Positions 21,141 to 31,016 of a stretch of DNA of 55,575 bases are shown piece by piece (position 1 is the stretch's first letter; every line of letters begins with the position of its first letter). The notes beneath the pieces are model-generated. The model saw nothing but the letters and a program-made list of their open reading frames with translations, searched no databases and was not told the DNA's origin. Origin of the DNA: an uncultured Mycoplasmatota bacterium (GTDB lineage Bacteria > Bacillota_I > Bacilli_A > RF39 > UBA660); NCBI GenBank assembly GCA_947426265.1, contig CANEDJ010000004.1:1-55575 (forward strand), in the 5' to 3' direction. The translations under genes and the position numbers were made by a program.

Positions 21141-21566
21141 TTAGCCCTCTATAGCAGTATGATTAAAGCTACACTTTCCTGCTGGAAGTGGTACTTTATC
21201 ATCTGTTCCACTATCTTCTACTACTTCATAAATATACTGATTTGAACCAGATTTAATCTTTACTATCATATCATTTGGAAACTGTGCGCCAGTAATTGGA
21301 TTTTCAATAGAAACTTCCAATATTCCTTCTGCTTTTAAGCATCCTAAAGTAATACTGGTATTAATCGATTCCTCAGGTATTTCTAATGCATGTTTTGCCA
21401 TCCAATCCCCTGCAGCTTTTTTAATATTCTCCATTTGAATTTTATATAGATTTTGTTTCCCTCTAGCTATATTTCTTGAAACCATTGGAATCGCTAATAG
21501 TGCTACAACAGCTAATATAGTAATAACTCCTAAAAGTTCAGCTAGTGTAAATCCTCTTTGCTTCAT
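21141..21566 (-). CDS. Type IV pilin-like (prepilin) protein
   Basis: MKQRG|FTLAELL class III signal peptide followed by a hydrophobic helix. Confidence 0.9.
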   Translation of the reverse strand: MKQRGFTLAELLGVITILAVVALLAIPMVSRNIARGKQNLYKIQMENIKKAAGDWMAKHALEIPEESINTSITLGCLKAEGILEVSIENPITGAQFPNDMIVKIKSGSNQYIYEVVEDSGTDDKVPLPAGKCSFNHTAIEG

Positions 21567-21662
21567 TTAGACACCCTCTACTCTATATATAATCATATAG
21601 TTTTTTTAATATTTAGTCAAGGTTATTTCTTAAAAAAAATTAGGAAGAAAAAGAGAAAAGGA

Positions 21663-24290
21663 CTAAATGTTCTCTTCTCTAATCGCATCTAAAATATTTT
21701 CTTTTTTCATTTTTTTCGTTGCATACATCATTGTTAAAAAGATAATTATAAATACAGCAAGAACTGCAATTCCAATACTTTTCCATGGTATTAAAAATTT
21801 ACCAAAACTGCTAACTCCTGACATTACGCTATGAATCCATAAAATAATTAAGAAAGAAAATGGGATTCCATACAATAAAGATTTTACTCCAAAGAAGAAA
21901 CTTTCAAAGTATAAAATTTTATTAAAGCCATGTGGAGTAAGACCCATACTACGTAGCATTGCAAATTCTTTTCTCCTTAATTGAATACTTGTGTTAATGG
22001 TATTAAAGACACTCGTAACTCCAATTAATGTAACAAGTGTAATAAATCCATATAATAGTAATCCTACTACAATATATAAATTTTTCATTTGTCTCATTTC
22101 TTTTGGGTAATTAAAATAGCTAATTTCCCATTTATTACTCAATGTTTCCCTATAATCTGTAACATATTGGTCTAATTTTTGATACTTTGGAGCTTTTAGA
22201 TATATATAAGAACTATCTGAATAATAACTATCATAATATTCTTCGTTTTCTTTAAATAGTTGATTAAAAGTTGCTTCAGGAACAATTATGACAATAGCTC
22301 CCTCTGATAGAAAATTATCTATTACAAATGGTACTTTTTTTGTAATATAAATATTTTCTAAACTACCATTACAAGTAAGTTCAAATTCTTCACCTGCTAT
22401 TCTATTACATATATTAAATTGATATTCTTTTTTTGGGTCTTTTAAAACTGTAGAATTATAAACTTTCCGGTTATTATTTCTATATAATACATATTTTGTT
22501 TTGTCAATCAAGATTGGTTGTTCTTCTTTTAATCCTAGTTCCTTTAAATAACTTTTGTAATTATCAGTATCCAATGAAATAATGGTAAGAGAAATTCCAT
22601 CTGTCTTTGATCCACTAAAATAGTCTATCAGTTCTTCATTATATAGTTCATCTAATTTATAAGAAGTAGTATATTTTGAGCCATATTTCAATACAGCATT
22701 TTTTTCTACGCCTTCATAATTCTTCACAGTATCAATAAAATTCTGATAAGTAGAAGGTTCTTTTACCACTAATTCTATATCAAAATCTGGTATTTCTAAT
22801 GTATCAGAAGAAGTTTTCATTCCATATTCAACAAAAGTTGAAAATGAAATGAATAGCACAATACTGATGAAAAGAGATACAATTGTAATACGATATTTTT
22901 TCTTATTTCTCTTAATATTCTTTAAAGCAATCTCTCCTTCTACTCCAAAGAATTTCTGTACCCATTTTCCTGTTTTTAATTTTCTATTCTTAATTTTAAT
23001 ATCATCATTTAGTCTGATTGCTTCTATTGGAGTAATTTTACTTGCTTTTAATGCTGGCAAATATGCTGAAATTAAAATAGTAACAATCATAAATGTAATT
23101 GGTATGATTAAAAATATTGGATAAGCTGTTAGCACAAGATTGGTTCCAAATAAATTAGGAATTAAATAATTAATAATCGCTACTACGATACCAATTCCAA
23201 TAAAACTTCCTAATACTCCTAAAGGAATTCCAATTAGTCCTACAATGAGAGCTTCAAAAAATACAGTTTGTCGCAATTGTTTTTTTGTAGCACCAATACT
23301 AGAAAATAATCCAAATTGTTTTTTTCTTTCCATAACAGAAATCGCAAATGAATTATAGATAACAACAACACACCCAATCGATACTAAGGTTAACATAATC
23401 ACCATAACATTAATGAGAGCTTGCATAATATTTCCATATCTGCTAGCACCATAAAGAGCTAACAAAGAATCATTATAATGAACTTCTGCTTCTCCTTCAA
23501 AAAAGCCTAAATTTTTCGTCAAAGATTTCATATCCTCATACGCTTTTGATGGTTTTTTAAACGTCATATAAACATTGACATTTTGATTTTCTAAATCAAT
23601 TTTTGTTAAAAAAGTATAACCTGCTGCATTCCAAGGTTCAAATACTGGTTTTTCTATAATCCCTACTATTTTATATGTATATTCTTTTGTATCTACCAAA
23701 GTTTTTGAAACATCATCTTTATACGTATACTCATATTTTTCAGTATCTGCTTCTACATCTGAATCAATATCATAAAATTCTTCATTTTTAGGAAGAGTGC
23801 CTTCTTCATTCTCTCTTCTTCCAATTTTTAAAGTAATTTCTTCTCCTATTTGATAATTAATTTTATTTTCATTTAACAAATGATTTGGAATGACAATTTC
23901 ATTTTCATTTTCTGGAAATCTTCCCTTTACAAGCTTCATTTCTTTCAAATAATCATCAGATACAGCGTTGATAAAAAAGTACTTTTTAGAATCATCAGCT
24001 TCACTCTCTTTAAATTCACTAAATCCTATTGGTGATTCATAAAAATAATGTTTCACATGATGATTATTTGCTAAAACATCTAATTTTTTATTATCTAAAT
24101 CAAATAATAAAGCATGATAATCTCCAGTCTCTGCTTTCGTAGTACGAATAGAATTATCTTGAATCGTTGAAAATAAAAGTCCAATTCCAACCATTAAAGC
24201 AGTTGATAAAATAATTCCAATAATGGTTACAATAGTTCTTTTTTTATTCATCTTTAAATGTTTTATTGTAAGTTCATTTAATATTTTCAT
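21663..24290 (-). CDS. ABC transporter permease, FtsX/MacB family
   Basis: Two FtsX-like TM units (ERKKQFGLFSSIGAT; RRKEFAMLRSMG) with large extracellular loops. Confidence 0.93.
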   Translation of the reverse strand: MKILNELTIKHLKMNKKRTIVTIIGIILSTALMVGIGLLFSTIQDNSIRTTKAETGDYHALLFDLDNKKLDVLANNHHVKHYFYESPIGFSEFKESEADDSKKYFFINAVSDDYLKEMKLVKGRFPENENEIVIPNHLLNENKINYQIGEEITLKIGRRENEEGTLPKNEEFYDIDSDVEADTEKYEYTYKDDVSKTLVDTKEYTYKIVGIIEKPVFEPWNAAGYTFLTKIDLENQNVNVYMTFKKPSKAYEDMKSLTKNLGFFEGEAEVHYNDSLLALYGASRYGNIMQALINVMVIMLTLVSIGCVVVIYNSFAISVMERKKQFGLFSSIGATKKQLRQTVFFEALIVGLIGIPLGVLGSFIGIGIVVAIINYLIPNLFGTNLVLTAYPIFLIIPITFMIVTILISAYLPALKASKITPIEAIRLNDDIKIKNRKLKTGKWVQKFFGVEGEIALKNIKRNKKKYRITIVSLFISIVLFISFSTFVEYGMKTSSDTLEIPDFDIELVVKEPSTYQNFIDTVKNYEGVEKNAVLKYGSKYTTSYKLDELYNEELIDYFSGSKTDGISLTIISLDTDNYKSYLKELGLKEEQPILIDKTKYVLYRNNNRKVYNSTVLKDPKKEYQFNICNRIAGEEFELTCNGSLENIYITKKVPFVIDNFLSEGAIVIIVPEATFNQLFKENEEYYDSYYSDSSYIYLKAPKYQKLDQYVTDYRETLSNKWEISYFNYPKEMRQMKNLYIVVGLLLYGFITLVTLIGVTSVFNTINTSIQLRRKEFAMLRSMGLTPHGFNKILYFESFFFGVKSLLYGIPFSFLIILWIHSVMSGVSSFGKFLIPWKSIGIAVLAVFIIIFLTMMYATKKMKKENILDAIREENI

Positions 24291-24970
24291 TATTGCACCT
24301 TCTCATCATTGATAATTTTCCCATCATCAATGGTAATAATTCTATTGGCGTTTAACGCAAGATTATAATCATGGGTAATCATAATAATGGTCTGTTTGTA
24401 TTTTTTGTTCGATAATTTTAATAATTCTACAATCTCTTTTGAGGCCTTACTATCTAGATTCCCAGTTGGTTCATCTGCTAAAAGTAAAGCCGGATGGTTC
24501 ATCAAAGCTCTTCCGATAGATACCCTTTGTTGTTGCCCACCTGATAGTTCATTTGGTAAATGACTAATTCGATTTTGTAATCCTAATGTTTCTATTAATT
24601 CATTTAAATAAACTTGGTCTACTTTCTTACTATCTAATAAAATTGGTAATGTGATATTCTCTGTTACATTTAAAATTGGAATTAAATTATAAAATTGATA
24701 AATAAGTCCAACTTGTCTTCTTCTGAAAATCGCCAAGTTTGTCTCGTTTAATTTATAAACATCTTCCCCTTCTACATATACTTTTCCACTAGTAGGTCTA
24801 TCTACTCCACCTAGTATATGTAAAAGTGTACTTTTTCCACTTCCACTAGATCCTACAATTGCAACAAACTCCCCTTTTTCTACTGAGAAACTGACATGAT
24901 CTAAAGCTTTTACCAAAGTTTCTCCTTTTCCATACGTTTTGCATAAATTGTCTACTTTTAATATTTCCAT
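24290..24970 (-). CDS. ABC transporter ATP-binding protein (LolD/MacB-like)
   Basis: GSSGSGKS, LSGGQQQR, LADEPTGNLD and ITHD motifs. Confidence 0.97.
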   Translation of the reverse strand: MEILKVDNLCKTYGKGETLVKALDHVSFSVEKGEFVAIVGSSGSGKSTLLHILGGVDRPTSGKVYVEGEDVYKLNETNLAIFRRRQVGLIYQFYNLIPILNVTENITLPILLDSKKVDQVYLNELIETLGLQNRISHLPNELSGGQQQRVSIGRALMNHPALLLADEPTGNLDSKASKEIVELLKLSNKKYKQTIIMITHDYNLALNANRIITIDDGKIINDEKVQ

Positions 24971-24985
24971 AATATTCGTCCTTTC

Positions 24986-25126
24986 TTACTTTTTACATAT
25001 AATTTTTTTAGAATGCAAGGATGAAACTTCTTCCTCTGCTTTTTCAAATAGCATAGCACTTTCTATAATCCCAATCAAGCAAAATACAATGATGACTGGA
25101 AGTATATAACAAATAATCTCTTTCAT
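24986..25126 (-). CDS. 46-aa single-TM small protein leading the ABC operon (not in ORF track)
   Basis: AAGGAGG RBS; MKEIICYILPVIIVFCLIGIIESAMLFEKAEEEVSSLHSKKIICKK. Confidence 0.7.
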   Translation of the reverse strand: MKEIICYILPVIIVFCLIGIIESAMLFEKAEEEVSSLHSKKIICKK

Positions 25127-25165
25127 AAGAATTCCTCCTTCACTGATATCATTCTATCTAATATT

Positions 25166-25205
25166 TATGACTTTCATGTGACTAAAATCATGACAGTTTT
25201 GTCAC
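25166..25205 (-). promoter_or_regulatory. Probable OmpR-family binding repeats for the ABC operon
   Basis: TGAC repeated at 11-12 bp spacing (ATGAC 25167, GTGAC 25178, ATGAC 25190) upstream of a TAGAAT -10. Confidence 0.55.
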
Positions 25206-25344
25206 TTACTCTTTTCTGAATCATATGGTTAATTATTTAAAAATGCAAAATAGAATAAACAATATTTATATTTTTAACAGTTTCAAGTGTTTTCTTAATA
25301 AGATTTTCTTCTACTATCTCAGTAAAAAAGATAGAAAAATCTAT

Positions 25345-26571
25345 CTAAATCATATTTTTATAAAATTTGATAAAAAAATTAGTTCCTTCTCCTTCTATAG
25401 ATGTTGCATAGATTTCTCCTTGCTGCTTCTCCATAACCTTCTTTGCCATATTTAAGCCGACACCAATAGACTCTTTATTTCCACTTCCAGTGTAAAAACG
25501 TTCAAAAATATGAGGCAATTCTTCTTTCTTTATGCCACTTCCTGTATCTTGAATAGAAACTTCTGTATAAAGTGGATTATCAGAAATAGAGATTATTATT
25601 TTGCCATTTTCTTCTGTATGTTCATAAGCATTTTTTAAAACATTCACAAATACTTCTACAGTCCAGTGGGGATCTAATAATACCATCGTTTTATTTTGCT
25701 TTTCAAAAAGAACTTCAATTTTCTTTAATTCTATTGGAATTTGAAGGGGTTCTAAAGCTTCCTCTATTACATTTGAAATATTAGTTAATTCCAATTTCAA
25801 TTGAACACTTCCACTATCCAAACGTGACATTTTTAACAATGTTGTTACAAGCCATTCTATTCGCTCTAACTGCATTCTATTTTTGTCTAAAAATTGCTGT
25901 TTTGTTTTAGAATCAATATCATCTTTTGATAATAAATCGTTAATCACATACATGCTCGTTAAAGGGGTTCTTATTTGATGAGAAATATCAGATAAAATTT
26001 GTTCTAATTCTTTTTTATCTTGTAAAGACTGATCTCGCCCTTCTTTTAATTTTACAGTCAATTTATACACATCATTTTTTAAAGTGCTAATATTTCCTTC
26101 TTCATAATCTTTTATATCTAAATTATATTTTCCATTTAAAACATGATCCATATATTCACTAAGAGATTTTAATTGTTGATTATGTTTCTTTAAAAAGATC
26201 CAATAGGAAAAGGAAAGCAAAAGAAAAATTCCTGTTATGATAAAAAAAGTTGAGAGCATAACTTCAGTCTGTAAATGATGGAAGTGCTCCAAATAATTTA
26301 AAGTTCCAGTTTCATCCAAACCATATTTCTTTAAAATCTGTTTGCCTTCATCAAAATTTCCGTTTCCAGACAAAATAGAAGTAATCACCTCATCTTCTAG
26401 TTCAGGATGTGTATTTAAAAGAGCTGATATCATATAACCATTATTTTTAACAAACTCTTCTTTATACTTCACATCTATAAATTGAAAAAATAAAAATCCA
26501 ATGATTAGAGTGATTCCAAATAAAATAAGTTCTCCCAAAATAAGTCGTTTTACATCTTTATTTTTTAACAT
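25345..26571 (-). CDS. Sensor histidine kinase
   Basis: Two TMs; DISHQIRTPL H-box; NVLKNA, DTGSGI and GVGL boxes. Confidence 0.96.
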   Translation of the reverse strand: MLKNKDVKRLILGELILFGITLIIGFLFFQFIDVKYKEEFVKNNGYMISALLNTHPELEDEVITSILSGNGNFDEGKQILKKYGLDETGTLNYLEHFHHLQTEVMLSTFFIITGIFLLLSFSYWIFLKKHNQQLKSLSEYMDHVLNGKYNLDIKDYEEGNISTLKNDVYKLTVKLKEGRDQSLQDKKELEQILSDISHQIRTPLTSMYVINDLLSKDDIDSKTKQQFLDKNRMQLERIEWLVTTLLKMSRLDSGSVQLKLELTNISNVIEEALEPLQIPIELKKIEVLFEKQNKTMVLLDPHWTVEVFVNVLKNAYEHTEENGKIIISISDNPLYTEVSIQDTGSGIKKEELPHIFERFYTGSGNKESIGVGLNMAKKVMEKQQGEIYATSIEGEGTNFFIKFYKNMI

Positions 26572-27245
26572 GTTCCACCGACTTTATATCCAATTCCTCT
26601 AACTGTTTCAATTATTTTAGGTTCATTTGGATTATCTTCTATCTTTTCTCTTATTCTTTTTACATAAACAGTCAAAGTGTTATCATTAACGTATGCTTCA
26701 TTCACATCCCAGATATCTGCCAATATTTTTTCTCTAGAAAAAACTACATTTGGGTTCAAAGCAAGAATCAGTAATATTTTATATTCTAGAGCAGTTAGCA
26801 TTACATCCACTCCATTTTTAAATACTTTTGCTTGTTTCATATCAATTTTAATATTTTGAAGCGTAATAACAGAGCTGTTCTCTTTAGAGTTTCTTCTAAG
26901 AACATTTTTGATTCTAGAAACAAGTTCTCTTGCTTTAAATGGTTTTGTAATATAATCATCTGCTCCCATATCAAGTCCTCTTACAATAGATATTTCCAAA
27001 TCATTAGCAGTTAGAAAGATAATTGCAATATCTTTGATTTTTTTTATTTTTTGAAAAGTCTGATATCCATCTTCATCTGGTAAATTAATATCTAATAGTA
27101 CCAAATCAAACAATTCTTTTTCTATACATTCAATTGCTTCTTTTGCACAGGAAGCTTCTCTAATTTCAAAGTTTTCAGCTTCCAAATAGTATTTCAAACC
27201 TACACGAATCGTTTCTTCATCTTCTACAATTAAAATCTTTGCCAT
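26565..27245 (-). CDS. OmpR-family response regulator
   Basis: VEDE, LLDINLP, DYITKPF and ETVRGIGY motifs. Confidence 0.97.
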   Translation of the reverse strand: MAKILIVEDEETIRVGLKYYLEAENFEIREASCAKEAIECIEKELFDLVLLDINLPDEDGYQTFQKIKKIKDIAIIFLTANDLEISIVRGLDMGADDYITKPFKARELVSRIKNVLRRNSKENSSVITLQNIKIDMKQAKVFKNGVDVMLTALEYKILLILALNPNVVFSREKILADIWDVNEAYVNDNTLTVYVKRIREKIEDNPNEPKIIETVRGIGYKVGGTC

Positions 27246-27316
27246 AATCTCACCTAATCCTATTATACTATATTTTACCTTATTAAAAGTGAATAAAAAG
27301 TAAGAAAAAAGAGAAT

Positions 27317-27874
27317 TTATCTCTTTTTCATAGCAAGATATAATTGCATAGCTTTTTTTTCTTCTGTTACAATTTGGGTTTCTCCTACAATTGTACTTCG
27401 AAACGGATAAGAAAGCGCTTGCAATTCAGCGCGTGTTTGTTTCAAGGCGTTTAATTGATTGTCTCTATTTTTAAACATAACAACATGTTTCGAAGTCATC
27501 ATAGCGCCATTATCATTCACAATACATTTTAAATATTGAGAAGCAACTTTTGCATGCTTTAGTTTCATTTTGCAAGTATGAATTCCATGCTGTTTTAGAA
27601 TTTGAACGACCTCTTTTAATTTTTGATTCGCACGTTTTTTCTGCAATCTTGGAAGTATCAAATTGAAACTGGTTTTGATAGGTGCTAGAACAGCAACAAT
27701 CCAAAGATAAATAGATGGGTTTATAAAATTCCAAGTAAGAGGGCATAAAATAAGAGCTTCTATCACTAATACAATAGTAAATAATTTAAGATTTTTATAA
27801 AGAATCAAAGGAACATTAATTTTCTTTTTGCTATTTTCAATCAATTCTTCTAATTTATATTGTGTTAAATCCAT
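27317..27874 (-). CDS. Hypothetical 2-TM protein, paralog family A copy 3
   Basis: Shares GIH...KL..A and F....QL.AL.Q.R.EL motifs with the two upstream genes. Confidence 0.8.
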   Translation of the reverse strand: MDLTQYKLEELIENSKKKINVPLILYKNLKLFTIVLVIEALILCPLTWNFINPSIYLWIVAVLAPIKTSFNLILPRLQKKRANQKLKEVVQILKQHGIHTCKMKLKHAKVASQYLKCIVNDNGAMMTSKHVVMFKNRDNQLNALKQTRAELQALSYPFRSTIVGETQIVTEEKKAMQLYLAMKKR

Positions 27875-27875
27875 A

Positions 27876-28448
27876 TTAAAACCTTGACCTTGCTAATGTT
27901 TTTTCTAATATGCTTTTTACTTGTTTTGAGTCTTCCATAATTTCAACATAGTCTACATCTATAACATCTCCACTTGTTATTGGTCTAAACTCTTGAACAA
28001 GTTCTGAACGTACTTGCCTTAATGCTTTTAATTGCTCATTTTCATCTGTAAAAATCGTTATACTTTCCACAATATTAGTAATCCCCTGCTCACGCATAAC
28101 TTGACTTGGGAGTTTCTCTGCAACAAGTGCTCTTTTTAAATTCAATCTGCTAACATCTATTCCCTCTTGATTTAAATATTTTGCTAAAGATGTCAACTGT
28201 TGATTTGCTTGATGTTTTATTTTAGCATGTGTGTATACCTGACTTAACACATTAATAACAGCACAGCCTCCTGATCCAACCCAGCATGTCCACGGTAAAA
28301 CTTGATGTAATATGTTATTGCAAAATAAACCTGCTACACAAACTAAAAATGTAAAAACGGATAACCCTTTAATCAATAAGTTTTTCAAATTTAATTTTTT
28401 CCTACTCATTAAAATTATTTGATGAATATCAATACTATTTAAATTCAT
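27876..28448 (-). CDS. Hypothetical 2-TM protein, paralog family A copy 2
   Basis: IFTDENEQLKALRQVRSEL motif; GGGGGA RBS. Confidence 0.8.
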   Translation of the reverse strand: MNLNSIDIHQIILMSRKKLNLKNLLIKGLSVFTFLVCVAGLFCNNILHQVLPWTCWVGSGGCAVINVLSQVYTHAKIKHQANQQLTSLAKYLNQEGIDVSRLNLKRALVAEKLPSQVMREQGITNIVESITIFTDENEQLKALRQVRSELVQEFRPITSGDVIDVDYVEIMEDSKQVKSILEKTLARSRF

Positions 28449-28515
28449 ATAAAGTCCCCCTTTTCAAACGAATTTATTCTATCACATATTTCATTTTCGT
28501 TAAACAAAGGGAATA

Positions 28516-29100
28516 TTAATTCTTATTCCTCTTATTTTCTAATAGTAATTGCTTTACTTTTGGTGAATCTTTTACAATTTTAGTATATTGTCTATCTATA
28601 CTCTCACATTTTACTTCCTTGACACAATCACGCAAACACGCAATATAACTATATGGTTCTCTTAATAGTTCACTTCGAATTTGTTGAAGTGCTTTCAATT
28701 GTCCATAATTGTCTTGGAATATAGTTGTTTGAACTTTTCCTATTCCATATAAATAAGACTCACTATCTTCATTATAACTACGAGTAGTAAATGTAGTTGC
28801 TTTTTGAAGCTTTAATCGAGTAGTATGAATCCCATTCTTTCCTAGTTCTTTGGCTACTTTACGTAGTTTTGATGAAGCATATACACGTCTTTGCGCATTT
28901 TTTATATAAAAAGAAACAGGGGTAACAAAAGAAGAAATTGCAGCACCCAATAATACATACTTATAAGGAGCAACAATTAGTCCTAATAAAAATATACAAC
29001 CCATAGCAACTGAAAATTTACTTAATTTTTTCTCTTTTTCATTCATCCTAATATTACTCCAAGTAATTAGTTTTTCAATATTATATTTATCCAAATTCAT
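28516..29100 (-). CDS. Hypothetical 2-TM protein, paralog family A copy 1
   Basis: Start MNLDKY at 29100 after AGGAGG aligns with the paralog starts; IFQDNYGQLKALQQIRSEL motif. Confidence 0.8.
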   Translation of the reverse strand: MNLDKYNIEKLITWSNIRMNEKEKKLSKFSVAMGCIFLLGLIVAPYKYVLLGAAISSFVTPVSFYIKNAQRRVYASSKLRKVAKELGKNGIHTTRLKLQKATTFTTRSYNEDSESYLYGIGKVQTTIFQDNYGQLKALQQIRSELLREPYSYIACLRDCVKEVKCESIDRQYTKIVKDSPKVKQLLLENKRNKN

Positions 29101-29143
29101 AAATTTCCTCCTAATAAAACTTTTATAAACTCTGTTGTTAATA

Positions 29144-29668
29144 TTATAACCCAAATCTTCTACGTTCTGAAGTTTCTCTTTTTACTTGTTCTTCTAGACT
29201 TATTTGTTCAATTGTCGCCATTCCTCTAATTGTTTCTATAAGTTCTCTATATTCCCTGATTTGTTCTGTACTCATTCTTGCCATAACACTTTGATCCAAT
29301 TGTAATCGATGAGCCTCTTTAATAAATTCTTTTTTTTCATCACGAGAAGCGGTTCCCCATCTTCCTATTATATTTTTTAAAATTTGAAGAAGTCGTTCTT
29401 GTGGTGTCAATTGTGCATCTGCGGCAACCTTTTTTGCACGTTGTTCAATAGAATGCTTGAGAGATTTCCATAACCTTTGCACTTCTTTGCTTTCTCCTTC
29501 CGATAAACGAAAGCTAGGTACTAATGATACCAAAGAATTAAACCTCTGAATTTTCTCTGCATAATCTGGGCTATCTAATAACATACTAGGACTTACCCTC
29601 ATCATCTTTTCTATATTACGTAGCAAAATTAAAAATTCATCTTTTTCACTCATATCATATTTTGCCAT
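29144..29668 (-). CDS. Hypothetical soluble helical protein
   Basis: 174-aa charged ORF in an operon; no recognised motif. Confidence 0.75.
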   Translation of the reverse strand: MAKYDMSEKDEFLILLRNIEKMMRVSPSMLLDSPDYAEKIQRFNSLVSLVPSFRLSEGESKEVQRLWKSLKHSIEQRAKKVAADAQLTPQERLLQILKNIIGRWGTASRDEKKEFIKEAHRLQLDQSVMARMSTEQIREYRELIETIRGMATIEQISLEEQVKRETSERRRFGL

Positions 29669-29671
29669 CTT

Positions 29672-29902
29672 TTATTCACATCCTTTTTTCCCTACTATTA
29701 AAAATAAACGTTTTATAATAGCTTCCTCTAAAACAGGATAAACACGATCCTCTTTAAATTCAACAAATCGCAAATCATATCCACTTTCTGGTTTGAGTTT
29801 GCTAATATACAAATAGATTTTCTCATGTAACTCTATTTTATCAATAATATAATATTCTATATTATCTTCTAATTCAATAATTTTTCCTTTTTCTAAATTC
29901 AT
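29672..29902 (-). CDS. Small hypothetical protein (DUF1292-like)
   Basis: IIELEDNIEYYIIDKI....IYLY pattern. Confidence 0.65.
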   Translation of the reverse strand: MNLEKGKIIELEDNIEYYIIDKIELHEKIYLYISKLKPESGYDLRFVEFKEDRVYPVLEEAIIKRLFLIVGKKGCE

Positions 29903-29903
29903 C

Positions 29904-30251
29904 CTATTTTAATCCTTTTATTGTTTTATGTACTTTATAAATCATTCCACAGAACCCTTCAGCTATGATACTAGCCAAAACGGAAACTGATATTCCTTCT
30001 AATTTGTTTCGCATATAATCTCTTTTATAAATAGCTTCAAATAATTTAACTACTTGATCATGTTGAAGCGCTGTTTTTTTAGAAATCACTTTTTCAGCTA
30101 GATACATACTTTCACCAATCTCCATAAAATGGAATGTCATCAAATATATTATAGCGGTTAGTATTGCAGTAGTAATTCCAAACGTGATTAAAATTGGTAC
30201 AATACTTTCTTTTTCTTCTTGATTTGGTTCTCTAACATTTTTTATTTTCAT
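29904..30251 (-). CDS. Hypothetical 2-TM protein
   Basis: Two hydrophobic segments; tight operon spacing. Confidence 0.7.
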   Translation of the reverse strand: MKIKNVREPNQEEKESIVPILITFGITTAILTAIIYLMTFHFMEIGESMYLAEKVISKKTALQHDQVVKLFEAIYKRDYMRNKLEGISVSVLASIIAEGFCGMIYKVHKTIKGLK

Positions 30252-30256
30252 TATTT

Positions 30257-30709
30257 CTACTTTTTTAAAGCCCCAAGCTTCTCTTCTGTAGTTACTAAGT
30301 CATTCAATAAACGTTCACGCTCTTTTAATAGTGCATCTCTCTTTTCCGCTATAGTCATGCCTTCGTAAGTTTTGGCTCTAGTAGCTGTTTGCACTTTAGT
30401 TCCTTCTTCTTTCACAGGCAGTTCCGTTTGCTCAAATGAGTCTTCTGGCTTATATATTGTACCTCTTCTTAATAATTCATCTTCTAATTCCTTTTCTTTT
30501 GTACATAAAAGCTGATAAGCATTACATATATTTGCTCCTGGAAAAAATAAATCATAAAGCAACCCAAACATATCTGTTAAATGAATCCCTGTCATTTTGC
30601 TTGAAAATGTGTATCCTTTTTTCAATAGACTTTTTCTTACTGCAAAACATTTTATAAAATCAATTGTTATACTTGCTATTGTTGTTGAAAAATAAAGATT
30701 CAAAAGCAT
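30257..30709 (-). CDS. Hypothetical protein, hydrophobic N-terminus and C-terminal coiled coil
   Basis: GGGGGA RBS and strong upstream promoter. Confidence 0.75.
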   Translation of the reverse strand: MLLNLYFSTTIASITIDFIKCFAVRKSLLKKGYTFSSKMTGIHLTDMFGLLYDLFFPGANICNAYQLLCTKEKELEDELLRRGTIYKPEDSFEQTELPVKEEGTKVQTATRAKTYEGMTIAEKRDALLKERERLLNDLVTTEEKLGALKK

Positions 30710-30738
30710 TATAAATTCCCCCTTTTTTTAATGCCCTT

Positions 30739-30766
30739 ATTTTAGCACATATCCCTATTTTGTCAA
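30739..30766 (-). promoter_or_regulatory. Sigma-A promoter of the orphan operon
   Basis: TTGACA-16 bp-TAAAAT with extended TG. Confidence 0.7.
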
Positions 30767-30782
30767 ATTTTGTTAAGGATAA

Positions 30783-30811
30783 TTGCCAAAACAAGAAATT
30801 TTTCATATAAT
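30783..30811 (+). promoter_or_regulatory. Sigma-A promoter of glmS
   Basis: TTGCCA-17 bp-TATAAT. Confidence 0.75.
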
Positions 30812-30847
30812 GTAATAAAGTAAAGACTTGAAAGGAGTAAATCTTCA

Positions 30848-30985
30848 CTTAGCGCCTGGACTATTGTTAGTTGACGAGGTTAACAGAATATCGAAAGATT
30901 CGGCGGGTACTGTTACGGATTTGTGTATTCGAAAGAATGATTGTGAAAAAGCAAAATCAAGATTGTAACAAAACAACATTCCAAC
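30848..30985 (+). ncRNA. glmS glucosamine-6-phosphate-activated ribozyme
   Basis: A|GCGCCTGGACT...AGTTGACGAGG...TATCGAA..TTCGGCGGGT..CGG core directly upstream of glmS; predicted cleavage between 30851 and 30852; 3' boundary approximate. Confidence 0.93.
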
Positions 30986-31016
30986 ACTTTTTTTAATCAT
31001 GGAAAGAAGGATAATT

